A stretch of DNA of 64,000 bases from Octopus bimaculoides (GCF_001194135.2 NC_069004.1:23098803-23162802), one strand, 5' to 3'. Positions 12,696-26,890 are shown, counted from the first letter of the stretch. The notes: a model not told the origin generated them from the sequence alone. Numbers and translations: made by a program.

Positions 12696-12778
12696 TTTAA
12701 GGAGGTCCTCACTTTTCTCCTTGTTTTGTTCCACAGTCTGTAACATTGTCTGCTGAAACTCTTTGAGTTCTTGGTTAA
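12696..12778 (-). CDS. Coiled-coil gene exon ((F)NQELKEFQQTMLQTVEQNKEKSEDLLK)
   Basis: Acceptor tttaataaatag, donor AAA|gtgagt, 83 nt (phase 1 in, 0 out). Joins 14846 (T+TT=Phe) and 5419 in frame. Confidence 0.8.
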
Positions 12779-13163
12779 CTATTTATTAAAGGAAAAACAT
12801 GCTGTAAAGAGGTTTTATTACTGGCTCTCATTAGTTATTGGGCAGTTGAGGTAGCAGCAGCAGCACCACTACTAATAACAATAATCTTACCTTTTTTTAG
12901 CCACAAATATTCAAAGAGATACAGAAAACTACATAGAAACATTAAACAGGGGTTTTATAAAGATGTATGTGGTATGATAGAGATGTTATACAAAGATGAG
13001 AGAAGAGATGAAAATATATAATTACATAAAAATATTTAAAAATATGATAAAATGCACAAAAATAAAAACAGGGTATTCATATAAAAATTAAACCTAAACA
13101 TATGTTGATCAGGGTACCCACATTCCTTCTAATTAATTTCTATCCTGTATTCTTCATAACTGT

Positions 13164-13438
13164 GCTAATACCAGACCCAAGCCCAGAGGAAGAATCAGTG
13201 GGGTTTAGCATTAGGCCAGTAACCCAATTCTGTAAAAGTCAGCAAGAGAAATTGATGAGAATATTTCACATGAGGAGGAAGGCAGGGGACAAAATGCCAC
13301 TTATGACAGGCTCTAAAGAAAGCTGAAAGGAAGGGAGGGCCTCAGAAAGCTTGACTCTGAGTGCCTAAGCCAGAACAAAGATTGGTATTTGCCACCCAAT
13401 ATGCTGAGCAGTGGAGGAGGACCTAAAGCTAAAAAACA
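13164..13438 (+). mobile_element. Short retroposed insertion (RTE-derived non-autonomous element) with 15-bp TSD
   Basis: Flanked by ATTCTTCATAACTGT at 13149-13163 and 13439-13453; A-rich 3' end. Confidence 0.6.
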
Positions 13439-13453
13439 ATTCTTCATAACTGT

Positions 13454-14380
13454 TCATACCAAACTTCCCATGAGGAACTCTGTAATAGTGGGCAAGTGAG
13501 AGGTGACATCTTCTGGATTGTTAAACTATAACATTTTGTAAAATCTATCTGAAAGAGATCACCAAACATGTCCAGCATATGAAAATAGAGCTCAAAGGGC
13601 AGACCGTCCAGCCCTAGAGCCTTCTGCCTTGTGCAGCCAGTCATTGCATCCCATATGTCTTTGGCTGTTATCACCATTTCACAGAACTCCACATTCCTGG
13701 CCAAAAGGTGCAGCATACCAACAAAGTAGGAAGTGAAATCCACCCCCGTCTTCAACTCACCACATGCTCTGTACAGTTCAGCAAAGTGCTGCTGAAATTC
13801 CACACACATCTGCTTAAGTAGCATGCACCCACCGTGGCCTGTCAAAGACCAAATTGTGGCTTTGTTGCCATGTACTGCCTCTACCACCCAGGTACGACTT
13901 TTATTCCCTCATGTCTTAATGCACATTCTCTAGTTCTTACAACACAACCATCATGCTTAGTATTGAAAAATTGATCAAAAGCTAATCTCACTGCCAGTGA
14001 GTGCCTCTTCTAGCTTCCTAACTAGATCTCCCTGCTATCCTAAATTCCCCCAATGTTATTTCTATACTAAACTCTACCACTTCTACTTTAATGGCTCTTT
14101 TTAGGGCTATCTACCATCTGTTGTTGACAACTGTACCCAACAATTCCTATGGAGTAACTTGCTAACCTTCTCTCTGAATGATTGACACACTTGCAAATGG
14201 GTTCAGCTTCAAGTATCTGGGCCCCTGCCTATGGATCCTATCCAGGTCAATCATAAAGACAAAAAATTTGTGATCTGTATAGCTGAAGTCTTTGAATTGT
14301 GGATAACTTATGCTGCTTCTATCTACAGTTGGGGGCATATGCAACAACTGATCTAAAAGTACCACCTTCATTATTACATT
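13454..14380 (-). mobile_element. L1/Tx1-clade LINE fragment (end of endonuclease to start of RT)
   Basis: 'TDHKFF...GPRYLKLN' and 'DIWDAMTGCTRQKALGLDGLPFELY' match Tx1-type SDH/GPGYWKLN and KSPGLDGLP.EFY motifs. Confidence 0.75.
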
Positions 14381-14845
14381 CTCACCAACTTACCCTCTGG
14401 GTCCAGGAAGATCATCCATATCTTGAGATCCAGGCCTTTCCTAGACAGCACTGCCACCCCACTTCCCATTCTAAGTTGAGCCAAAGATGTGTAGATCCCA
14501 AAGTTGTCAAAAATGGAGGCTAGTGTGTGCATGTTCAACACACAGGACTAACTGGTGGCTCTCACATCCCTAGCAACCTGAGGTCATTAATAATAACAAT
14601 AATGACGATGATGATGATGAAAATAGGAAGAAGAAAAAGGAGGGGAAGGAAAGGGAAGAAAGAAAGAGGTGGAGGAGGAAGAAGAAGAATAACAACAACA
14701 ACATACAATGAAAGTCACTTATTGTTATCAGTTTGGGAACAGAGCTATTTAGATAACAATAGCTGGATTGTAGTATAAAGCAGAGGAGATAACAATATCG
14801 TGAATGTGTTTGGAACCAATGGAGAAAGAAAATGGAATTACTTAC

Positions 14846-14933
14846 ATTGTTCCAGATTTGACTGATTCAAAGTTTCATTTTTACTCAAAAACTTGTTTAT
14901 GTTTTCCAACATTTCTTCTAGTGTTTCTTTTGT
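14846..14933 (-). CDS. Coiled-coil gene exon (TKETLEEMLENINKFLSKNETLNQSNLEQ)
   Basis: Long T-rich acceptor ending taag, donor AT|gtaagt, 88 nt (phase 0 in, 1 out), helical composition. Confidence 0.8.
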
Positions 14934-15209
14934 CTTAAAAAAATAAATAAATAAAACAATAATAATAATAATAATAATAACAACAATAACCCTTTCTACT
15001 AAAGCACAAGGCCTGAAATTTTGTGGGAGGGGACTAGTCAATTACATCAATCCACTGTTTCACTGGTACTTAATTTACCGACCCCAAAGGGATGAAAGGC
15101 AAAGTCAACCTCAGAGAAATTTGAACTCAAAATGTAGTGATGGGTGAAATACCGTTAAGCATTTTGCCCTGCATGCAAATGATTCAGCCAGTTTGCCACC
15201 TTAGTAGTA

Positions 15210-15257
<48 letters not shown>

Positions 15258-15260
<3 letters not shown>

Positions 15261-16344
15261 GCTTAGACAGAAAGACAAGGAAGTTGCTAACTAGATGTGG
15301 GTCACTCCACCCAAAAAGTGACACAGACAGACTCTATGCACCAAGAAAAAGAGGAGGAAGAGGGCTTATTGGATGCGAACACAGCATTAGAGCAGAAGAA
15401 AACAACATAGCATGGTATGTAAAAAATGCCACAGAACTACTATTATTAGAAGTAAGAAGGTCAGGCTTGTGTAGGATGAAAGATTGCAAAGATAAAGCAC
15501 CATACAAGAAATTGAANNNNNNNNNNNNNNNNNNNNNNNNNNNNNNNNNNNNNNNNNNNNNNNNNNNNNNNNNNNNNNNNNNNNNNNNNNNNNNNNNNNN
15601 NNNNNNNNNNNNNNNNNNNNNNNNNNNNNNNNNNNNNNNNNNNNNNNNNNNNNNNNNNNNNNNNNNNNNNNNNNNNNNNNNNNNNNNNNNNNNNNNNNNN
15701 NNNNNNNNNNNNNNNNNNNNNNNNNNNNNNNNNNNNNNNNNNNNNNNNNNNNNNNNNNNNNNNNNNNNNNNNNNNNNNNNNNNNNNNNNNNNNNNNNNNN
15801 NNNNNNNNNNNNNNNNNNNNNNNNNNNNNNNNNNNNNNNNNNNNNNNNNNNNNNNNNNNNNNNNNNNNNNNNNNNGCGACCATGAGATTGAGAATAGGAA
15901 GCCAGACATAGTCTTAATTAAGAAAGAAAACAAACTATGCTGGATCATAGATATAGTATGTCCAGCTGACAACAAGGTTTGTGATAAGGAATAAAGAAAA
16001 GTCAAGAGATATGACAGGTTAGCTTGGGAAGTTAAGCAGTTGTGGTCGATGAAAAAGGTGGTAGTAGTACCAATAATTGTCGGAGCCCTGGGAACTGTGA
16101 GCAAAAATCTCGAGAAGTATGTGGAACAAATAGGGGCTACAATAAGGGTGGAGCACTTGCAGAAAACAGCACTGCTTGGAACCGCTCAAATACTCTGGAA
16201 GGTGCTCGAAAAATAAGAGGTGTCACCTTGGTTCACTGGTAGTGAACAGCTGACACTGTAGTACATCTCCAGCATTAGAAGCCATGCAAATAATAATGAT
16301 AAAAATAATAATGATAAAAATAAAAATAATAATAATAATAATAA
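15258..16344 (+). mobile_element. R4/Dong-clade RLE non-LTR retrotransposon, 5'-truncated, gap inside
   Basis: 'LHPKSDTDRLYAPRKRGGRGL', the RLE motif 'KPDIVLI...IDIVCPAD' and 'PIIVGALGTV'; bordered on both sides by (AAT)n. Confidence 0.9.
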
Positions 16345-16887
16345 CTAGCAGGACCTATGGAATTTCTACGAACTGATTAATAGAATGTTGAGTAAATAAT
16401 AAACTTTTTCTACAAATATGTATGTATAAAAATAAAGCATTGAAGAAAGGAGTAATTGAAATGTCTACATATATAATAGAATTAGACACTTAGGCAGCAA
16501 ATACTAAAACTGCGTATATTTGTACAGTTCTTTTTACAAATACATAAAGTTTAGCTATTAATTCTATCCGTTTTTAACATACAATACTCAGAGGCTGGGA
16601 AAATAAACAACGCATAGAGATACTTGGGAGTGTCCACCATGTGTGCAAAGATTGCCAATGTCAATCAGTCTGTGGTACACCCCCTCCCAACATAGAGCCA
16701 TGCCAGTTTCCTCCGATATGAATAAAGAAAACAATAGACCTATATATGTACAAAACAATATAATACATGCCACATATAAATAGTTACCTCTTTTGAAAGA
16801 TATTCATTTAATATGTATTTATGTATGAATGTATGTATGCATGCATGTATGTATGTATGTATGCATGCATGTATGCATGTATGTATG

Positions 16888-16919
<32 letters not shown>

Positions 16920-18400
16920 CTAAGGACATATACCTAATGGAATCAAGGGTCTCCAGAATTTCTGAAAACAATCCACTCCTTCAAGTCAGTACCTCTCGGC
17001 AGACAATGTTCTTAGTAACAGTTCGCCTTCTTCTCTTTCCTTGTCTGTCTGTCTCCATCACCTTAACCCTTACATTTGAGAGTTTGCGAGCTCTAGAGTA
17101 TGCCGCATACAACTGCTCGTGACTGAACACTGGCTAAGGTAAGAACAATCCCACCTTCTCAAATGTCTGCTCTTGTGACTTTTTAATAGTCATGGCATAT
17201 GACAAATGAGCAGGAAACTAGAGTCTCTCTAAGATGAATGACAAGTTAGCGTCGCTTGGAGCCAGCTTTATTCTGGGGATGAAGACACGTCTACCAATTA
17301 GTGAGCTGCTGATCAAGGAAGCTTCGACTGAATGTTGATGCATGGTCACCACTTCCAGTTTTGTACCATTGCAGAGTCCATTCTGGATAGAAATGTTATG
17401 AGGAAGCATTACTATTGATCTGGGTTTTAAACTCAATTTGTGAGGAGGCATTCCTGATGGAGTCGAAGAGTTTAGAAATTCAAGTGGATAGTGCTCAGCC
17501 TCAGCAGGATCATCTGTCAAAACTTTATCTGTACTATAATAGGTGTGGCAGTCACCTTCATTGATCAGGAGGCAGTCTGGGTTCTTTGGCAAAAGAATTA
17601 TTCTGCTTCTTGTCTCTTTCCTCAGATGCATTATTGAAGATATCATCCACCAGAGAACTGTCAACACATGAAATTTGAGGCACTTCTATGTCATCAACAG
17701 CAAGATTAGGATCTTTTGGAGCTGCTTATGTTCCATTGCCAAGATGCAAGAGCCATGCTGCAAATTCCCTTTGATCTGCTGTTGTCCTGATGTTTTCGCT
17801 TAATCTGCATTGGATGAAATTCAGCCATAGAGGAGAATTTTTAATACAGATTTCAATAATTGCCTCATGAGTTCCTCTTGGCAATATGGATAGGACTTGC
17901 TTAATGTCTCCCCTCCAAGAGCACAAATTTACCACCAAAAACAGCAGCAATGCCAGTGATATCTCACAAGGCTTTGTCAAAAACATGAAGAGCAAATGAA
18001 GGGATCATAGAAGCCTCAAACAAGTTGATCAAATCCAGGTTTCGTAAATGATTTGCATGGTCTGAAGTGGCTGGTGCATTACAAACACTGGCCTCAGTGA
18101 GTGGGACAGGCAACTTGAACAAACTATGGGTAGTCTTTCCACCTGACAGTAGTGCAGAGGCAATACCTGTCCAAGCACAACTGCATATATTGAAGTCGTT
18201 CCTTCACAGATAAGAAATTATGGTATTAAATATATAAGTTTTACCACAACCTCCTGGTGCATCTACATAGAAACAGGAGTGGCTGGGCACATCACCTCTC
18301 CTCTTCTTATCCACAGATTCAAGCACAGCATTAGCAATCAGTCTCTGATCATCAGTAAGTGTTGCAATGCCTGGGTGATCGAGGTCTTCATGACGTAAAA
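16345..18400 (-). mobile_element. Helitron 3' half: degenerate PIF1-family helicase plus 3' terminus
   Basis: Walker A 'DAPGGCGKTYIFN', 'WTGIASALLSGGKTTHSLF', 'TPSGMPPHKLSLK', 'GLCNGT' and 'FIPRIKL'. CTAG terminus at 16348-16345 followed by T, with a degenerate hairpin just upstream. Confidence 0.92.
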
Positions 18401-18407
18401 GGGAAGA

Positions 18408-18588
<181 letters not shown>

Positions 18589-19757
18589 AATTTTTTCTAA
18601 TTTTGATTCAAATCCAGCATTTTTGTGGGAGTGGGCTAGTCGATTACATTGACGCCAGTACTTAACTGGTACTTATTTTATCAACCTCAAAAGGAGGAAA
18701 GGTAAAGTCAATCTCAGCAGAATTTGAACTCAGAACCTAACAACAGACAAAATGCCACTAAGCATGTTGTCTGGTATGTTAAAGATTCTGCCAGCTCATC
18801 ACCTTAACAATAATAACAATAATAATCCTTTCTACTATAGGCACAAGGCCTGNNNNNNNNNNNNNNNNNNNNNNNNNNNNNNNNNNNNNNNNNNNNNNNN
18901 NNNNNNNNNNNNNNNNNNNNNNNNNNNNNNNNNNNNNNNNNNNNNNNNNNGGGTGGGTGGGATGTATAGTTGATTACATTAATCCAGTGCCTTGATTGGT
19001 ACTTATTTTATTGGCCCTGAAAGGATTAAAGGCAAAGTCAACCTTTACTAATGACTCTACTAGCTTGCCATCTTAATAAAAATAACAACAACAACAATAA
19101 TAATGTTTCCTTACATCGACTTGGAAAAAAACCCACAATTTATAACTGAATGAGTGAACGGTAAGATCGTATTATATTTTTTTTAATTAAATATTATTAG
19201 GAATTGTATAAAAATAATTATCAAAATAGTCTGTGTATTGTAGAAGTATAATCGATTTATTGCAGATAAATTTTAACAACAAAATCTTATATTCACCCAC
19301 AAGGGACATAAAGACCTTAGTGAAGAACCACTGATTTAAATGTTTTTGTCTGAGGAGATAGGGCTCTGCTCCTGACTCTTTCACAGGGACTCTGTGACTG
19401 GTAGGGAGTGAGGAAGTTACTCTCAGACTGGAAACCTGTTTTGCCTCCCAAATTTTCACTCACTTGTGTCTATGCTAGAAGACACAAGTGCTTTAGGCAA
19501 GAAGCCTAAAGTGCTGTGGTGTGGAATCAAAGCCCAAACCATGTGGCTGTAAAAAAACTTAAACATACACTCATGCCTGCATCCATGTTTATTTAAATGC
19601 ACAGGCATGACTGTATGGTTGAGAAATTCACTTCCCAACCAAATAGTTTGGAGTTCAGTCCCACTGCACAACATCTTGGGCAAATGTCTTCTACTACAGC
19701 CTCAGGTTGACCAAAGCCTTCTCAGTGGATTTCAGAAACTGAAAGAAGCCCATCATA

Positions 19758-19864
<107 letters not shown>

Positions 19865-21113
19865 GTCCTTGTCTTGACTTCATGCAATCTTTGTAAATGA
19901 ATGTCATTCATTTCCAAAAGTCTGTGAAAACATGTCTCGTTATGGGGAAGTGTTACCTTGCTTGGAAACGGGAGAGAGTTGGCAATTGGAAGGGCATCTG
20001 AATGTAGAATACCTGCCTCAATAAATTCTGCCTAACTCATGCAAGCATGGAAAAATGGACAGTAAAATGATGATGATGACAACGACGACAACGATGATGA
20101 TGATAATGATGATGATAATAACGATGATGATAATAACGATGATGATGATAACGATGATGATAATAACGATGATGATGATGACGATGATGAATCTGATGAT
20201 ATCAATGATGATAATGATGATCTAATAATCATTTTTAATTTGTATCTTGACAGTATTCATCTATATGAGGTTTGGTTTTTAATTTCATAATAGCAACGTA
20301 ATTTTCTACAACTACAATAATTTTTTATAAAAAATAAAGAAATTCTTTCATTTTTTTATTTTAGATTTTTATTTCATTACTTTTATTTAATTATTTATTT
20401 TGTTTCACAAATAATAATAATTTAACAGCTTTCTACTTTAAAATGATATCTTGATATTAACAGAATAAAAAATTTAAAAAAAAAAGCAAAATATGATAAA
20501 TAAATAAATAAGACTACAGCAAAATGATTAGAATTAAATGAGGGATGGGAAGATGTTGAGAGATGTAAGTGGAGTGTATGGACAATGAACATCTCTCTCT
20601 ACTAACGTGTTGGTATATGTAAAAATATTACTTCTAGAATGGGCACAGACATGGCTGGGTGGTGAGGAAGTCCACTCCACAAACATATGGATTTGGATTC
20701 AAGCCCACTACAGGGCACCTTAGGCAAAAGTTTTCTACTGTAGCCTACTAGCATAGCTAGAGTGTGTGCTCCTTGGGGCGGCCCTTCTGTTTGCTGCCCC
20801 CAGACCCCACAAAAAACACATACTGCCTCCAACAATAGCCTACAACAGGATGAAAAGTGCCACCCCTTTAAAAGTGCCACCCAGACTGGGCTATCCCCAC
20901 CCCCAGCTATGCTAGTATTGTAGCCCCTAGCCAATGAATGCCTTGCAAGTGAGTTTGATAGATGGGACCTGTATGAAAACCCATCATATTTATCTTTTAT
21001 CTTTTACTTGTTTCAGTCATTATACCATAGCCATGTTGGGGCACCGCCTTGAAAAATTTTTAAGCACGGACACACAGACACACACACAGACACACACACA
21101 CAGACACACAGAT

Positions 21114-21155
<42 letters not shown>

Positions 21156-21212
21156 NNNNNNNNNNNNNNNNNNNNNNNNNNNNNNNNNNNNNNNNNNNNN
21201 NNNCACACGCAC

Positions 21213-21249
<37 letters not shown>

Positions 21250-21303
21250 CACACACGCACACACGCACACACACACACACACACACACGTGTGTATGTAT
21301 ATA

Positions 21304-22638
21304 CAGGGTGCACCATAAACAATTCCTGATTGATTTTTAGTCATATTTTTAGTTAGGGGTACAAAAACATATGAGTTCTTTAGGATTTAATTACATACAA
21401 TCATGTAACATATTAAGATACAATTCTTTCAATACGTCCACCTTTAGCCTTCACAATTGCCCAAAAATGGTTGAAAACACTCACACAAATGTCAGATGAC
21501 TTCTTCACTTAAAAGACCCCATGTGCAACTAAGGTATTCTCCAGAATGGTGATATCTTTGTAGGAAACTCTTGGAACATCACTTTCTCGAATGGACCAAA
21601 TAGCAAAGTTTATAGGGTTGATGTCTGGGCTGCAGGGTGGCCAACACGTTCTTGTTCTAGAACCCTTTAAAATGGCCCCTGCACCACTGCTGTGTCACAT
21701 TGGGCATATGAGAAGAAGCACTGTCTCGCATGAACATGTAATTATCTCCAAATGCTTCAGTCACCCATGGCAAAACATTATTCTTCAACATTTTCATGTA
21801 AGTTACCAAACTTTCAGTGGTGTATACATTTCCCACCTGGATGGAATGCCAGTCCATCATAGGATTACTCATTTTGTCCCCTCTTTACTGAACACCAGAG
21901 GTGATTTTCCACCATTGGATGACACTATCACCCAAACCATCACTCCAGCTGGTTTCATTCAGCAAAACACCTTATGGGCACCTTCAGGAATAGCATCTTG
22001 TCATTCTGGGTGTTCTCTACAGCCTCCTTGGTGAATATCTTTTCATCCAACCAGATAAAGACATTGTCATCAGTGCTCTGAATCTCTTCTCCCCTTTTCT
22101 TTCACTTGTCCAGTTGCTTTGCTTTGGAAGTGGCTGCAATTAGGTGTCGACTTTGCAATTTTAATGACTTACAATTACATTTTAAGTTTTCATGCATGAC
22201 CCATTGCATGGTAGTCTGGGAGATATCGAAACTTTTAGCCATTTGCCTCAAGCTCTGCCATGGATTTTGCAAAACTTTCTTTTGGCTGACATCCACCAAT
22301 TGTTTTGTCCTTTTGGACTGTTTGTGACCAGGAATGGGCTTACTGTTGATTGAACCTGTCTCACTGTTTCATAACATTATAAACTGTTTTGGGATCAACA
22401 TTACTCCTTGAAGCCACGTCTTTGGTGCTATGTCCTGCTTTTCTCACAGCCTCAATTTCACTTTGCCTATGGGCTGGAATAATGTAACCTTTTACTTGCC
22501 AAATGTAAACAAACAATGGAGTTTACATGAACAATTGAATGTTGGGGAGCACATTTTAATTATTTTTGGGAAATTTCAAACTAAATTTAATAAAATCAAC
22601 TTATTTAAATAATCAGGAATTATTTACCGTGCACCTTG
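21304..22638 (-). mobile_element. Full-length but decayed DD37D (maT) Tc1/mariner element
   Basis: TIRs cagggtgcaccataaacaattcctgatt / caaggtgcacggtaaataattcctgatt with TA on both sides; 'NPWQSLRQMAKSFDISQTTMQ' and 'NVLPWV....YMFMRDSASSH'. Confidence 0.88.
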
Positions 22639-23039
22639 TATATGTAAATGTATTTTAATACCTATTTTTCTATTCTTGCAACTGATAGAGTTTATTGAGG
22701 TCAATTTTCTACAGCTTGATGCTCTTCCTGTCACCAATCCTTACCTATTTTCAAGTATGGTAATATTTCCACACCCTTCAGTCTAACATATTTTCACAGA
22801 CTATTGAATATGAATGACACTACTTCTATGACAGTGATACTTATTTACAACTATCACAAAATGTCAAGGCAAGGACAGGCACACACACACTCACACACAC
22901 ACATGCACACACACACACACACACATGATGGAATTTGTTCAGTTTCTGTCCATTGAATGCCTGTATGTTTATATGTATATATATATATATAGTATTATGT
23001 GTATGTGCATGTGGGTGTGAGTATTGACATTCCACAATT

Positions 23040-23345
23040 TAGCTTAAATTAAATCTGGGATTATATCCTGAAAGTTGACCTTTGCTCAGTTTTTGGTAAC
23101 AGTAATAGTTAGGCCAAATTCTTTGAAAATCTTCATCAGATTCTTCCAGAACTTATCTATGACATGGCTATTCGTATGGCTTAAGATTGCTCAACAATCA
23201 TCCCTATACAGGGCCAAACTATGAATGTGTGTGCTTTCTAGGTTATCCAGGATAAATAACCCAATATAGCCAGTGACCTTGCCCCATCATAGGTCTCTGT
23301 AGATATGCCAAATAGTGGATGACTTTCTTTATTTATCAGGTAGAT
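23040..23345 (-). mobile_element. Penelope-like element RT fragment
   Basis: 'FGISTETYDGARSL..LG' (cf. MGSYDGAE.CELVG) and 'LYRDD...MKIFKEFGLTIT....VNFQD' (cf. GLYRDDGL...FKE.GL.IT...VNFLD). Confidence 0.7.
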
Positions 23346-23494
23346 ATCTGGTGGTGGATAGGTGTATCCACATTCACACACACACACACACACACACCTA
23401 TGCATGCTTATAACAATACAGACATATAGACTCATAGGGTAGATGGACAATTCATCAATAGACAATTGACCAACAGACAACTTACAGACAGGAC

Positions 23495-23635
23495 AATTGT
23501 ATGATATAGTGCAGAATCCTGTTGCCAGACATTGGGTGTTCCAGCAGCCACCCTCTTGACTCAGGGCAGCACAACCTCCTCCAAGCACTTGATGTAGGAC
23601 TCTGTGTTGAGTCTGAGGCCATGTGGGAATTGTCT
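23495..23635 (-). mobile_element. Second DD37D transposase fragment, same family as 7655-7905
   Basis: Nucleotide similarity to about 7745-7865 (ccagcagccaccctcttgactcaggg...tgtgttgagtctgaggccatgt). Confidence 0.75.
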
Positions 23636-24227
23636 GTCAGCAAATTGTCTGCACATGGACTCATAGATATATGTGCACAGACACATACCTATGTGCATGC
23701 GTATATACTTACACACATACACACACATATCTATATAAACACATCAACATATTTAAATCAAAATACGTATGATCATTGATTACTCTAATTTATACCCACA
23801 TATATGTATGTATGTATATATTAATGTATATACATATGAATGTGTGTGTGCATACATATATATATATATATGTATACATATTCATATGTGTATATCTACA
23901 CACACACACATATATATATCTATAAATGAAAAAACAAATAAATGTTTCCTTCCCATGCCATGCCAGGTTCATGAGGGCCAATTTCCCAGTTTCAGTGGTG
24001 TATACATTTCCCACCTGGACGGGATGCCAGTCCATCATAGGATTACTCATTTTTGCCAGCTGAGTGGACTGGAGCAATGTGAAATGAAGTGTTTTGCTCA
24101 AGAACACAATGTATTGCCTGGCCTAGGAATCAAAATCACAATCTTACAATCATGAGTCCAACACCCTAACCACGAAGCCATGCACCTCTGCATACTGTGA
24201 TATTTTTGATGCTTTTAAAAAAAAACA

Positions 24228-24262
<35 letters not shown>

Positions 24263-25044
24263 ATATATATATATATATATATCATCATCATNNNNNNNNN
24301 NNNNNNNNNNNNNNNNNNNNNNNNNNNNNNNNNNNNNNNNNNNNNNNNNNNNNNNNNNNNNNNNNNNNNNNNNNNNNNNNNNNNNNNNNNNNNNNNNNNN
24401 NNNNNNNNNNNNNNNNNNNNNNNNNNNNNNNNNNNNNNNNNNNNNNNNNNNNNNNNNNNNNNNNNNNNNNNNNNNNNNNNNNNNNNNNNNCCAAGAGTGT
24501 AGTGGGTGCTTTTTACATGCCACCTGCACAGGAGCCAGTCCAGCAGCACTGGCAACGACCTCACTCAAATGTTTTTTCACATGCCACCGGCACAAGTGCC
24601 AGTAAGGCGACGCTGGTAACGAACACGCTCAAATGGTGCTATTTACATGCCACTGGCATGGAAGCCAGACAGCTGCTCTGGCAATGATCACGCTCAGACG
24701 GTGCTGTTAGCGCTCCACTGGCACAGGTGCCAGTCATCGAATTTGGTTCAATTACAATTTCGATTTCACTTGCCCCAACAGATCTTCGCAAGCAGAGTTT
24801 AGTGTCCAATGAAGGAAAGATTGGCATGGGTGCCAGTTATCGAATTTGGTTCAATTTCGATTTCACTTGCCTCAACAGGTCTTCACAAGCAGAGTTTAGT
24901 GTCCAATGAAGGAAAGGTATGCATAAGTGGGCTGACTACACCCCTGGTAAAGGCCATGGGTTATGGTCTCACTTGACTTGCCAGGTCTTCTCACACACAG
25001 CATATTTCCAAAGGTCTCGGTTGACTCTTATATATATGTGTTCT

Positions 25045-25945
25045 AGTGGGTACCTAAAAGTAACTGGAAACATTCTCTGTAGGAGAAACCCGTTGTAGTT
25101 CAGATATCTGCCATCAGGAGCCACTTGATGTGACCCTCAGGCATCCGTCTGCCTTCTGGCAGCATTATGTGAAGTCATACTACCACACGATGCATCTTTC
25201 TTTTTGCAGTGCTTCTTCCCTGTTCATTGATTTTTGTGATGGCTGAAATGAAGGAAGAGCATGCTTCCATGAAATTCTGTTTTCTGCTTGGGAAAACGGC
25301 AGCCAAAACAGTTGTCATGCTTCAAACAGCTTACAAGGACACTGCTATGAGCCAAACACAACTTTACGAGTGGTTTTCACACTTTAGGAATGGTCATTTG
25401 TCTCTTGAAGACCAACCTCATTGAGGGCACTGTCAACCTCACTCACAAACAAAAACATCACGACAATTCATGAACTGATTTTGGCAGATTGTTACTGAAC
25501 ACTTGATGAACTTGTTGATATGACTGATGTGTCCTGGAACTCCTGCCAATGAATTTTAAGCGAGGAATTGCGAATGAAAAGAATTGCAGCAAAATTTGTG
25601 CCTCAGTTGCTCATGGAAGATCAAAAGCAATCACGACTGGATGCATGTCATAAATTGAAAGAGCAGTTGGAAGTTGAATCGGACCTTTTTTTGAAGGTCA
25701 TCACTAGTGGTGAAAGCTGGTACTTTGGAATTTGCAGATGTGGAAGAGATGAAGAAAAAAAACAACGGAGATGTTTAAAGGCATCACTTAGCAAGAGTTC
25801 CAGCTCAACTTCGAACAATGGAAAAAACATCTGGACCAATGCATTGCTTCAAATGGAGAATACTTTGAAGGCGATAAAAGTGTAAACATGTAAAACTAAG
25901 TCATTAAAATAATATTGCAAAATTCCGGTTTTGGGCCCCTTTGTA
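25045..25945 (+). mobile_element. Internally deleted mariner transposon
   Basis: 'MKFCFLLGKTAAKTVVMLQTAY...YEWFSHFRNG' (HTH) and 'AAKFVPQLL...KVITSGESW'; degenerate TIRs. Confidence 0.85.
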
Positions 25946-26040
25946 TATAAACACATGTACATATTTAAATAGAAACAAATACATGAGTATGATCATTGAT
26001 TTACTCTATTACATACCCATATATTGCATGAATGTATATA

Positions 26041-26071
<31 letters not shown>

Positions 26072-26849
26072 NNNNNNNNNNNNNNNNNNNNNNNNNNNNN
26101 NNNNNNNNNNNNNNNNNNNNNNNNNNNNNNNNNNNNNNNNNNNNNNNNNNNNNNNNNNNNNNNNNNNNNNNNNNNNNNNNNNNNNNNNNNNNNNNNNNNN
26201 NNNNNNNNNNNNNNNNNNNNNNNNNNNNNNNNNNNNNNNNNNNNNNNNNNNNNNNNNNNNNNNNNNNNNNNNNNNNNNNNNNNNNNNNNNNNNNNNNNNN
26301 NNNNNNNNNNNNNNNNNNNNNNNNNNNNNNNNNNNNNNNNNNNNNNNNNNNNNNNNNNNNNNNNNNNNNNNNNNNNNNNNNNNNNNNNNNNNNNNNNNNN
26401 NNNNNNNNNNNNNNNNNNNNNNNNNNNNNNNNNNNNNNNNNNNNNNNNNNNNNNNNNNNNNNNNNNNNNNNNNNNNNNNNNNNNNNNNNNNNNNNNNNNN
26501 NNNNNNNNNNNNNNNNNNNNNNNNNNNNNNNNNNNNNNNNNNNNNNNNNNNNNNNNNNNNNNNNNNNNNNNNNNNNNNNNNNNNNNNNNNNNNNNNNNNN
26601 NNNNNNNNNNNNNNNNNNNNNNNNNNNNNNNNNNNNNNNNNNNNNNNNNNNNNNNNNNNNNNNNNNNNNNNNNNNNNNNNNNNNNNNNNNNNNNNNNNNN
26701 NNNNNNNNNNNNNNNNNNNNNNNNNNNNNNNNNNNNNNNNNNNNNNNNNNNNNNNNNNNNNNNNNNNNNNNNNNNNNNNNNNNNNNNNNNNNNNNNNNNN
26801 NNNNNNNNNNNNNNNNNNNNNNNNNNNNNNNNNNNNNNNNNNNNNNNNN

Positions 26850-26890
<41 letters not shown>

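Noticed and set aside
12891-12928. 38-nt candidate exon (FLYLFEYLWLKK) with an AG|gtaaga donor
   Set aside because: It needs a phase-2 upstream donor, whereas exon 14846 already joins 12778 in frame; kept only as a possible alternative exon.
19187-19459. Possible exon of the coiled-coil gene
   Set aside because: The acceptor lacks a pyrimidine tract, there is no good donor, and it abuts a SINE fragment.
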